The notes below the pieces were generated by a model. The model saw only the letters and a program-made list of their open reading frames with translations. It had not been told where the DNA came from and did no database searches. A stretch of 58,050 nt of DNA, the filler included, from Squatina squatina (lineage: Eukaryota), in NCBI GenBank assembly GCA_031763465.1. It is 3 parts of 3 records of this genome, joined end to end, with 100 filler letters (N's around TTAATTAATTAA, not from the genome) between each part and the next. Parts side by side here need not be neighbours in the genome. Positions count along the whole stretch, not along the records: positions 41,004 to 58,050 come from JARFOE010000005.1; 2 more parts are not named here. The stretch is one strand, 5' to 3'. Shown one piece after another: positions 47,168-58,050 of the stretch (the first letter of the stretch is position 1; every line of letters starts with the position of its first letter). The position numbers and the translations under genes were made by a program.

Positions 47168-48075
47168 TGTCAGCGTGACTCAGTGGGTAGCATTCTCAAC
47201 CTCTGTCAAAAGGTTGTGGGTTCAAGTCCCGCTCCTGGGACTTGAGCGTGAAATCTCGGCAGAAACTCGCAGTGCAGTGTTGAGGGACAGGAGATGAAAC
47301 ATTAAACCGAGGTGAATACCAAAAGATCCCATTGTATTATTTTGAAGAATGGGGGCGTTCTCACCGGTGCCCTGACCAATAGCTATCCCTCAACAAACAT
47401 CACTGAAACCCATATAATAGGAACAGGAGTAGGTCATTCGGCCCCTCGAGCCTGCCCTGCCATTCAATGAAATCATGGCTGATCTGTTACTCGCCTCAAC
47501 CCTATTTTCCTGCCTTTTCCCCCATAGCCCTTGATTCCCTTGCTGATCAAAAGTCTGTCTATCTCAGCCTTGAATATATTCAATGACTCAGCCTCCACAG
47601 CTNNNNNNNNNNNNNNNNNNNNNNNNNNNNNNNNNNNNNNNNNNNNNNNNNNNNNNNNNNNNNNNNNNNNNNNNNNNNNNNNNNNNNNNNNNNNNNNNNN
47701 NNTGGGTTGGGAGGGGGCACAGGGAGGGAGAAACAAAAAACTGGGAAGAGTCCTTGATCGCTGCCCAGGGAGCCCTATGGGAGCAGAAGATTGGATTTGG
47801 GTGCCATGTCCTTTATGTTAGAATTACATCGCGTCTACAGCACAGAAACAGGCCATTCGGCCCAACTGGTCTGCGCCGGTGTTTATGTTCCACAGGAGCC
47901 TCCTCCCACCCTTCTTCACCTCACCCTAACAGCATATCCTCCTATTCCTTTCTCCCTCATGTGTTTATCCAGGTTCCCTCTGAACGTATCCATGCTATTC
48001 GCCTCAACCACTCCCTGTGGTAGCAAGTTCCACAATCTCACCACTCTCTGGGTAAAGGAGTTTCTCCTGAACTTC
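47168..48075. mobile_element. Cluster: Deu-SINE (47168-47410, +) followed by CR1 3' ends (47415-47602 and 47820-48075, -)
   Basis: Same SINE head and body as above; AVEAESLNIFKAEIDRLL and ccactctctgggtaaaggagtttctcctgaa CR1 C-terminal signatures. Confidence 0.75.
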
Positions 48076-49701
48076 CAGGAATAGCAGATCAACACTCACC
48101 ATCAAGGCTGACTTGTGAACAAAGGATGAAGTAAGGGAGGGGGATTGCAAACCCTCGAGGGAGTCAACAGCTCCAAGGAAGGGGAAACAAAAAGTTCCCC
48201 CTTCTTTGGGGCTGTTGGGGCAGGGGGCCTCTCTTTGAACCAGAATTTATACAAGGGCGCAAACCTTCTTTCAAAGGATATTGTTTATTTGAAGTTTAAT
48301 CTTGGCAGCGTTGTACGCAGAAGGCTGGAAAATTCAGGACAATGTTTATCCAAGATTCCTCGAGTTTTTAATTGTATGAAGAAAGAAAACAACTCTGCCT
48401 GAATGGTCTTGTGCAATATTTGTCTTTAATGAGGAAGTACATTCTGTACCATGACACTGTACCAAAAAAAGCATGGGGCGAGTACAGTGAGTACAGACTC
48501 TGCGCACTTCACACTGTGCTCCACTGTTTATTTACAGTATCTCTTATCAGACCTGAAACTTCGCTCAGTGTGCCAATTTCCAAAGGCCAGAACTGAGTGT
48601 TCTCTTTCTCGAGTGTCAGCAGTGAAATTTTTTTTAAATCTCGGGCAAAATAAAAACATGGGACAGAATGCCAACATTCCTGAAAAAGTGCAGAGGTCGA
48701 CTATGCAATTGTTTTCCCAAGGTGACCATTACTCTGTGGCTTATAAGTTGAAATACCAGATGCAAAACTCAAAAGTAAATGTGTGACTGAAGAGAGCCTG
48801 TTTCAAAGTTGAGATTATAATCCTTTTGCTCAGCTCTTCCCCAGAGTCAAAAGGTTCTTGTTCATTTCCGTGAGAAATCCTTTTATTTTATAAGCCATAG
48901 TTTTATCGCTCGGCAGATCGACTTCTACAAAAATACATCATATATACATTTTTTAAAAAATGTATTCCTTTCTTCCGTCATCTTTTCAAAAGTATTCTCC
49001 AGCACCTCCCATATCCTCCTGGNNNNNNNNNNNNNNNNNNNNNNNNNNNNNNNNNNNNNNNNNNNNNNNNNNNNNNNNNNNNNNNNNNNNNNNNNNNNNN
49101 NNNNNNNNNNNNNNNNNNNNNNNNNNNNNNNNNNNNNNNNNNNNNNNNNNNNNNNNNNNNNNNNNNNNNNNNNNNNNNNNNNNNNNNNNNNNNNNNNNNN
49201 NNNNNNNNNNNNNNNNNNNNNNNNNNNNNNNNNNNNNNNNNNNNNNNNNNNNNNNNNNNNNNNNNNNNNNNNNNNNNNNNNNNNNNNNNNNNNNNNNNNN
49301 NNNNNNNNNNNNNNNNNNNNNNNNNNNNNNNNNNNNNNNNNNNNNNNNNNNNNNNNNNNNNNNNNNNNNNNNNNNNNNNNNNNNNNNNNNNNNNNNNNNN
49401 NNNNNNNNNNNNNNNNNNNNNNNNNNNNNNNNNNNNNNNNNNNNNNNNNNNNNNNNNNNNNNNNNNNNNNNNNNNNNNNNNNNNNNNNNNNNNNNNNNNN
49501 NNNNNNNNNNNNNNNNNNNNNNNNNNNNNNNNNNNNNNNNNNNNNNNNNNNNNNNNNNNNNNNNNNNNNNNNNNNNNNNNNNNNNNNNNNNNNNNNNNNN
49601 NNNNNNNNNNNNNNNNNNNNNNNNNNNNNNNNNNNNNNNNNNNNNNNNNNNNNNNNNNNNNNNNNNNNNNNNNNNNNNNNNNNNNNNNNNNNNNNNNNNN
49701 N

Positions 49702-50300
49702 ACATGCGACACCAGGGTGTTCTGCCCTGCTCCTCTTCCCAATAATGCAGTGGGATATTTTTAAGTCTACCCAAGAAGTCAGACTGAGTCTCAGTTTATC
49801 TTCTCATCCGAAAGATGGCACCTCCGACAGTGCGGCGCTCCCTCTGTATTGCACTGGGAGTGTCAATCTGGATTATGTGTTGAAGTTTCTGGGCTGGTGA
49901 GAAACAAAACCTTCTGACTCGGGAGGAGAGACAGTGTTAACCACTGAGACACACCTGACACTGCTTAAAAATACAAATTTCTTTAGACAGTCCCATCAAT
50001 AGAAATGTTTTTTTTTGAATTGAAAATGCATCATAAAGAATGTCCCATCTGTCTCTAGTGGCTCGTATCAGACAGGAAGATGCAAAAGACCCGATGACAC
50101 TGTTCAAAGAAGAGCAGGGTAGTTCTCCCGTGTGTCCTGACCAAAGTTATCCCTATATCAACATCACTAAAAGGCAGATTAACTGGTCTTCACCATTTTG
50201 CAGTTTGTGGGACCTTGCTGTGAGCCAATTGGCTATCACATTCCTACATTTCCAAAGTACTTCAGTGGCTGCAAAGCCAAAAGGTGCTATATAAATGCAC
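49702..50300. mobile_element. Two Deu-SINE halves in opposite orientation (49702-49960 minus; 50040-50300 plus)
   Basis: tctcatccgaaagatggcacctccgacagtgc on the left; aaaagacccgatgacactgttcaaagaagagcagg...aaggtgctatataaatgc on the right. Confidence 0.7.
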
Positions 50301-51169
50301 GTTATTTCTTTCCTTGAAGCACCAAGAGCACTTAAATAGCAGTTTCCAAATTCTAAAACTAAATATGCAGCTTCATGAATCAACAGATGAACTGACTGCA
50401 GCACCATGCCCCCTCCTCCATATACAAAAGTGGCAAAGTCGCTTGCAGGGTACTTCGCGGTGGTGACAATGTCTCTTTTTTTTAAAAAAAATGCCACAGC
50501 CAACAGCCACATGTCTGTACACAGAGCTGAGCAAACACAGCTTCCTATTGGAAACTATCTAATTCATGAGGTCATTTCTGTTGATCGAATTTCTGCAATT
50601 CATCCAGCACTAAAGTCACCTCGATAAACTTCTTTACAAACAAAAGAGGACACAGTATGCCTCATTAACTTCACGGCAAACAGATTTTGCAATGTTCTGA
50701 AAAAAGTCCACAACAGCAGTTCTATTATTCTGGATTAAGGCCCAATAAACCCTTAGTCAAGTGGGCCAACGGTAAATGCGAGAAAACAATTTTTTTTTTC
50801 CAAACTAATAAAACACTTGCATTTAAATGGAAACCTAGTCAAAAGGCCAAAGCCACCTAGTTGGAAGGAGACCATCAGGGTTGAGAAGTGAAATGTATTA
50901 AGTCGAGGATAGCTTGACACCAAGTTTGAATTTTCAACCCAGTCAACTGTAGGAGGAAGGGAAGACTTAGAGAAGTAAGAAGTTGCACAATTTTGAGGTC
51001 TTGGAACAGAAATGAGTTGAGAGTCGGAGACTCCAAGCTGACTGGTGATTCAACGTAGCAAAAGGAGGCTTGAATTTGGAATATTATCCTTGGTACATGA
51101 GAAAAGAAAGTTGCCCACAAGGAGACTTGTATTTCAATGCAATAGATTCAATTCAATAAATGGTATTAA

Positions 51170-51620
51170 TGCTGCACACAACCCTCCTCCTACCCTTCTC
51201 CATCTCACCCCATCAATATATCCTTCTATTCCTTTCTCCCTCCTGTGTTTATCCAGCTTCCCCTTAAATATATCTGCACTATTCACCTCAACCACTCCAT
51301 GTAGTAGTGAATTCCACATTCTCACCAGTCTCTGGGTAAAGGAGTTTTTCCTAAATTCCTTATTGGATTTATTAGTGATTATCTTATACTTATATCCGCT
51401 AGATCTGGTCTCCCCCACAAGTGGAAACATCTTCTCCTATTGAACCCTTTCATGATCTTAAAGCCCTCTATCAAGTCACCCCTTTTACAGCCTGTTCAAT
51501 CTTTCCTGATAGCAGAGTTCTGGTATCATTTCACTAAATATTTTTGCACCTTCTCCAGTGCTGTTATATCCTTTTTTACCTAGACCAGAACAGTTCACAG
51601 TACTCCAAGCAAAGTCTTAA
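51170..51620 (-). mobile_element. CR1 LINE 3' region
   Basis: MFPLVGETRSSGYKYKIITNKSNKEFRKNSFTQRLVRMWNSL...FKGKLDKH. Confidence 0.85.
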
Positions 51621-51631
51621 AGGAGGGGGGG

Positions 51632-51634
<3 letters not shown>

Positions 51635-51670
<36 letters not shown>
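51635..51670. repeat. (AG)n microsatellite inside an L2-like tail
   Basis: Direct reading; flanked by gaattccagagcttcgggcctagg. Confidence 0.9.
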
Positions 51671-51676
<6 letters not shown>

Positions 51677-53724
51677 TTCCAGAGCTTCGGGCCTAGGCAC
51701 CTGAAGGCACGGCTGCCAATAGTGGAAATAAAGTGANNNNNNNNNNNNNNNNNNNNNNNNNNNNNNNNNNNNNNNNNNNNNNNNNNNNNNNNNNNNNNNN
51801 NNNNNNNNNNNNNNNNNNNNNNNNNNNNNNNNNNNNAAAGCAAGGGCAGCACCGAATGTTGGAACCCACCGTTCCACAGGTAAGCAGGATTGACGGTACA
51901 GCTGACCCTGTTGGGTATCATTAGGAGGAGGTTGGGTTATTAAGGAGAGCTCATTTCTTCTCCACTAGAAGTTGATGAGTGTCACAGTAAGCACCACATA
52001 CTCAAGGAGGTAATAGTATATAATGCATAATTGGGTATGCACATTGTAGGTCGCTTAAGGCAACTGTAAGATTGGAATAGCATACTGGCAATGTTTATTC
52101 CCAGTAGAGCGCCTTTTCGTCCACAAATGTTCCGGGCTGTAACCCTTCTATGAATTTCAGAGCCTTGACCTGAGTGTTCAGTAATCCCATTAACAATTGT
52201 TAACAGCCCGGCTCTGGTGACAGACAGGAAAGACCCTTGCAGTAACAAAATCTTGCAGATTGGAATCAGAGAGCTTAACTCTTGGAGGCTCAACAGGGAA
52301 ATTTACCTCCTGTATGTAATTTGTTGTATATTAGAAAGGATATCGATGCAAAAATTGTTTCATGGAGCAGAACTAATGACTTCTAGCAGTATGTCTTGTT
52401 TAGGCCAAATGTCACATGATCCTATGTGAATTGTATCATATTTCTCAGTGGACCTAAAGTAAATCTGCATTTGTGTCATTTTTGCATTAAAATTAAATCT
52501 TAGATTTTTTGTACTTGGAGAATACGATAATTTACGGATTGCTTTGCAGTTCTGCACATTCTCCAATTCTAACCAAAATGTTCAACAATAGTAAAAAGCT
52601 GAAAAGGTCTTAGTATTCAAGGCATTAATGTGAAGACCCAAGTTCAGATTGGTTCAATGCTACGTTTAAAATTGTAAATATACCAGGTTTCGTTTTTCTT
52701 CTCACATGCACCATTTAATTCAATTTAATAATTAATGCAGCTTTTTAAAAAAATGCAGATTCCCGACATGCCAGTTTTTGCCTTCCTACAAGCAGACCAA
52801 TGCTGATAAAGGAGTCAGTAAACAGCTGATTCTCACTTTTGTTGGTAAGGCTCACTGTGACAAGGAACAATATTTTTCACCTTTATACGAGACACCCAGC
52901 CTAGCACATTGTTGTGCGGTATGACTATACCAGAACATCTGAAGCCTTGGGTCGCACATCTAAAGTGAGACCAAGCAGCTCTCCGAGGAGTTTTAATAAC
53001 AGTGGTAGCCTCCCGAGACACTTGCTGCCCACTACCTACATTGCTCAACTCTGGCAGAGGATCAGAGTGACACACATCTTAAGAAGCATGAAGTGTTTAC
53101 TGCACACAATTCTCACGCTTTACATGCACAAAGAATTTTCTAGCTGTACTTGCTGTCAAAACTGTCAAGCCAGCTCCTGCTTTTATCTGCCAGATCCAGT
53201 TTGTAGCTGACATTTTTANNNNNNNNNNNNNNNNNNNNNNNNNNNNNNNNNNNNNNNNNNNNNNNNNNNNNNNNNNNNNNNNNNNNNNNNNNNNNNNNNN
53301 NNNNNNNNNNNNNNNNNNAAACTTCACACAACCATTACTACACCTTACTAACTCACTTAATTTGGGAAGAAGAAAATATTGCCAGTGAAAGAGAGCTGAA
53401 AACACAGAACAATGGGTTACTGCACTTCAACCATCCTTGGAAATAGCAAAATCAATAGCATATTGACAGGGCTATCTCATTTTAATTGATTAGACAACCA
53501 CTAGGGATCGATGTAGGTCATGATACGGAATTCGGCTATAGCTGTAATTACAGTTGTTAACATGGTTAATTGTGTCGTGTGGTCAGTTTCTTGCTCTCGC
53601 ACCTCAAATGCACGTTTCACATTTGGCCTCTCGCTCTTCCACTGCAAAAACTCACCAATGTAGGACCTCTTGTATCCAAACATGCTTGGCTTACAAATTT
53701 CCTCAGGAAACCACATCAAATATT

Positions 53725-54055
53725 ATATAGAATTTACAACACAGAAACAGGCCATTCGGTCAAACATATCCAAGCTGGTGTTTATTTTCCACACGAGCCT
53801 CCTCCCACCCCTCTTCATCTCACCATCAACATATCCTTCTATTCCTTTCCTCTCATTTATCTCGCTTTCCCTTGAACGCATCTATGCTATTTGCCTCAAC
53901 CACTCCCTGTGGGAGCGAGTTCCACATTCTCACCACTTTCTGGGTAAAGAAGTTTCTCCTGAATTCCCTATTGGATTTATTAGTGACTGTTTTACATTTA
54001 TGACTTCTAGTTCTGGTCTCCCCCACAAGTGGAAATACCTTCTCTACGCCTAATC
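53725..54055 (-). mobile_element. CR1 LINE 3' end
   Basis: VFPLVGETRTRSHKCKTVTNKSNREFRRNFFTQKVVRMWNSLPQGVVEA. Confidence 0.85.
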
Positions 54056-54289
54056 GATCAATTTTCTCTGGCAATGTCTTCTGAGGTTTTAAGTTTTACA
54101 TGAGTCGGAATCAAACGTGGAATCTGAATTTCGCAACAATCAGCTGGTCTTTGTAACCACGGACAAGGAACAGAAAGAAACTGCTCTGANNNNNNNNNNN
54201 NNNNNNNNNNNNNNNNNNNNNNNNNNNNNNNNNNNNNNNNNNNNNNNNNNNNNNNNNNNNNNNNNNNNNNNNNNNNNNNNNNNNNNNNN

Positions 54290-54490
54290 TGTCCCCAAGC
54301 TCTGGAAGTCCCTCCCTGAGTGTCTCAGCCTCTCTCTCCTCCCTCGAGAACTACCTCTTTGACCAAGCTTTTGGTCACCTGCCCTAATATCTCATGTGGC
54401 TGGGTGTCAAATTTTGTTTGACAACGCTCCTGTGAAGCGCCTTGGAGCATTACTATGGTAAAGGCCCTATATAAATACAAGTTGTTGTTG
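54290..54490 (+). mobile_element. L2-type LINE 3' tail
   Basis: aagctctggaagtccctccct...ctctttgaccaagcttttggtcac...gtgaagcgccttgg...ctatataaatacaagttgttgttg. Confidence 0.7.
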
Positions 54491-55037
54491 TAGTCTGCAA
54501 GGCTCAATAAGATGCCAAAATAAACTCACTGGAGTAATCGGGAGGGCCTCAATTAAACTATTGAGAGACTTACAAAAATCGCACATTCGCTAAAACATCA
54601 AGTCAGCTGAGCTCTGGAGAAAGATGTATAAATGGGTCACATTTGTACACAAGCTAAACTTATGTGCTAGCAAAAAGTTATTTTTCAGTTCCTATTTTGC
54701 TTTGCCATTGTAACACCCACCTTCAGATCTCATCAAAACAAAGTACAAAGGATGTTTACTTTAGACTTAAGAGTTCCAGGCTGTAAAACATTTCTCAAGG
54801 GAACCAATTTTCCCTCAGCACAGCCAAATACCGTCTACAAACCATCTGTTCCCACCAGGACTACAAAACACCAAAAAAAACTTAAGAATATATTAATTTT
54901 GCAATTTGCAGCTTCTCTCCCTCCTTACCTAAACCACCCACTTGCGAGGAGCACAAGTGTTTTCAGCAAAGGCTTACATCCGACCATCTGCACTCTCCTG
55001 CTCATCAGAAGCAGGTTGAATGAATCCACAAAAAAAA

Positions 55038-55086
55038 ATGAATGAATGGAGTGAATGAATGAATGAATGAATGAATGAATGAATGA
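55038..55086. repeat. (GAAT)n microsatellite
   Basis: Direct reading. Confidence 0.9.
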
Positions 55087-58050
55087 AATGATTAAGCAAT
55101 ATTCTCTCAATCAACTGCTCCCCCANNNNNNNNNNNNNNNNNNNNNNNNNNNNNNNNNNNNNNNNNNNNNNNNNNNNNNNNNNNNNNNNNNNNNNNNNNN
55201 NNNNNNNNNNNNNNNNNNNNNNNNNATAACCACTCGACACAGGGTTAGAAACTTCTGCTGTAAATAATTTTTAAAAGATACTGGAAGCATACTCCGGTTT
55301 ATCAGCGCTCGAAAAAGAGAAAAAGGCAAGTTAATTTGTTGTGTGAGGATTCTGCCTCAGATCTGCAACATCCCCCAGCTTCCTTTGCCACTTATGCAAA
55401 TACCTTGATGTCCTTCTGCACACTGGGCTGAATAATGGCTCACATTTTTATTAACTTTTTTAAAAATAGTTTGCGGTTCAATCGAAATGCAATACTGCCC
55501 CTTTTAACCAAAAAAAACAATTATTTTACAAAAAAAGTGATTACCATTCCAATTGCCCTTTTAAAAATTAAGTAAAAAAACTAGTTAAGAGTTTGCAGAA
55601 GGATATAATTAAACCTTGCGACGCCTTAATTTTCTGACAGGACAATGACAGCATTCTGGTCTGGAAGCTGTACAAATTTGACAAAAAAGGTGGTAGATAT
55701 ATTTGAGGGAATTTGACCTTTGCTGCTGCACAGATACATGATGCTCCCCCCCCCTCCCCTCACCATCCTGTTCCAAATGGAGCCCCACGGCCTAGTCAGG
55801 GCTGACTGAGCTTCTTCGGTCCACTTTGGAGCTCCCCGCCCACCCCCCGCCTCCCCTCCACCTCTGTGCACTGTGCTCCCAAATCCCATAAAGGCCTGAC
55901 TGAACAAACACAGTGCCCTTTCCACATGGCCTCCCAGGCTCCCATTTCAGCCCGGCAATGAAAAGGACTACTGTAAATAAAGNNNNNNNNNNNNNNNNNN
56001 NNNNNNNNNNNNNNNNNNNNNNNNNNNNNNNNNNNNNNNNNNNNNNNNNNNNNNNNNNNNNNNNNNNNNNNNNNNNNNNNNNAAGTGCTTTGGGACATCC
56101 GGTGGTTGTGAAAGGTGCTATAGAAATGCAAGTCTGTCTTTCATTCCAACCGAGGTGCTGTCCTGAACTGTGGGACATCCCAAGACATGAGGCGGCATTT
56201 CATTGATGCAAGTTCTTTACTCTCCCCACCACAGTGGCCCATTTCTTATTTTAAAATAAAAAAAAAGCACTGGGAGAGACAACAAAAATCCAAGGCAACT
56301 CCCACCCAGTCTCTTTCCCTGTGGATGAGAGCACCTCTCTCTGACAATCCGGCCAGGTTCAGGCGTCTACCCGCTGGAGGGCGTCCCGAGCACAACCCGT
56401 CATTCGACAACTTGCACCAAGGAGCGCGCCGACCTGCATTCGCATACCACAACAGTCCAGCACCTCTTCAGAACAAAAAAAAACAGGAGCAGTGCAGCCT
56501 CCACTGCTATTCTGCGTGGCTAGTCAGGAGCTCTTACTGGGATTACAAGCTGCTGATAATTGCTGGCTTTCAGATCTGAGAAACGGTGCGCACACACACG
56601 CACACGCTTTCTATCCCCTCATGTAAGAGAGGAATGTAAATATTGGGCGCATGCCAGGAAAACTAAAATTCAGCCAGAAAAGCTATAAAAGCAGTACTCT
56701 GACATACAAACACTACAAGTGGCAATGATTTCACAGCCATTCAGGCAGGGTGTTGTAAGTGGGGCAAAGCACTCTGCGGAGCTTAGGATAATAGGAAATG
56801 AGGAGACGTTGCTAAAATCTTNNNNNNNNNNNNNNNNNNNNNNNNNNNNNNNNNNNNNNNNNNNNNNNNNNNNNNNNNNNNNNNNNNNNNNNNNNNNNNN
56901 NNNNNNNNNNNNNNNNNNNNNNNNNNNNNNNNNNNNNNNNNNNNNNNNNNNNNNNNNNNNNNNNNNNNNNNNNNNNNNNNNNNNNNNNNNNNNNNNNNNN
57001 NNNNNNNNNNNNNNNNNNNNNNNNNNNNNNNNNNNNNNNNNNNNNNNNNNNNNNNNNNNNNNNNNNNNNNNNNNNNNNNNNNNNNNNNNNNNNNNNNNNN
57101 NNNNNNNNNNNNNNNNNNNNNNNNNNNNNNNNNNNNNNNNNNNNNNNNNNNNNNNNNNNNNNNNNNNNNNNNNNNNNNNNNNNNNNNNNNNNNNNNNNNN
57201 NNNNNNNNNNNNNNNNNNNNNNNNNNNNNNNNNNNNNNNNNNNNNNNNNNNNNNNNNNNNNNNNNNNNNNNNNNNNNNNNNNNNNNNNNNNNNNNNNNNN
57301 NNNNNNNNNNNNNNNNNNNNNNNNNNNNNNNNNNNNNNNNNNNNNNNNNNNNNNNNNNNNNNNNNNNNNNNNNNNNNNNNNNNNNNNNNNNNNNNNNNNN
57401 NNNNNNNNNNNNNNNNNNNNNNNNNNNNNNNNNNNNNNNNNNNNNNNNNNNNNNNNNNNNNNNNNNNNNNNNNNNNNNNNNNNNNNNNNNNNNNNNNNNN
57501 GGCGGTGAGGCCACGGAGCGATTGGAAAACAAGGAGGAAAAGGTTACCCGTCTGCACTCTTCCAACACAACATAGTGCATTGCGGGGGAGAGCATGGAAA
57601 TACAGACCGTGAAAGGGAATAAAAGCCAACATTCTTGACTTTTCAAAATACATATACTCGGTAACCATTAAAGACGCCACTTGAAGTTAGTCCTGCTATA
57701 ACTTCCGATAAGATTGCAGGAGATAATATACAGGAGATAATATACTTTAACTGCAAGATGCCATCGCAGTAGAGGCAGCAAAACAGGAAAGCTAAAAAAA
57801 AAGTTTGATTCACAAGAAATTAAAACATAGTAACTTCTTAGTTGGAGGCAACCAAAAAAGTTAGGATGCAGAAAAAGTTAAGATATGTCTCGTGAGCTCT
57901 TTAGTTATTCCTTACAGGCATAGCACAGGAACTCTGGCCACGTTATTACATGATTAACTCAGTCTGAATTAATTTGCGTTCTAGCACTAACTTGGAAAAT
58001 AGTTTTGAAAAGAATGACACAGTCCAGGACTGCCCAGAATGAATAGAATA

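Noticed and set aside
52914-53210. 98-aa ORF with SGSLPR
   Set aside because: No recognisable family or convincing splice sites.

Overview
Eukaryotic, intron-rich vertebrate genomic DNA, most likely a cartilaginous fish (shark-type Deu-SINE, CR1, RTE and Harbinger repeats). It comes from a very fragmented assembly: many 100-N gaps, several larger gaps, and two artificial N44-TTAATTAATTAA-N44 spacers (22400-22499, 40904-41003) that split the window into three unrelated blocks. Block 1 (1-22399) resembles human 3p21: partial KLHDC8B, at least two ITIH3-like paralogs, partial NEK4, plus one SURF6 exon, a HAD-like (DLNNT) uncharacterised gene, two unassigned spliced exon pairs and a CpG-island promoter with a perfect heat-shock element. 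Block 2 (22500-40903) matches human 6q25 order and orientation: ARID1B exon 1 (-), six NOX3 exons (+), first coding exon of TFB1M (+). Between ARID1B and NOX3, an interval that is a gene desert in mammals, lie two intact exons of a strongly diverged HCN-like channel gene (-). This is the most interesting item, followed by an apparently orthologous NOX3 in a probable shark. Block 3 (41004-58050) is repeat-rich with no gene I can identify. All genes are incomplete because exons fall in gaps. Gene names come from my recognition of translated exons and exon sizes, not from database searches.
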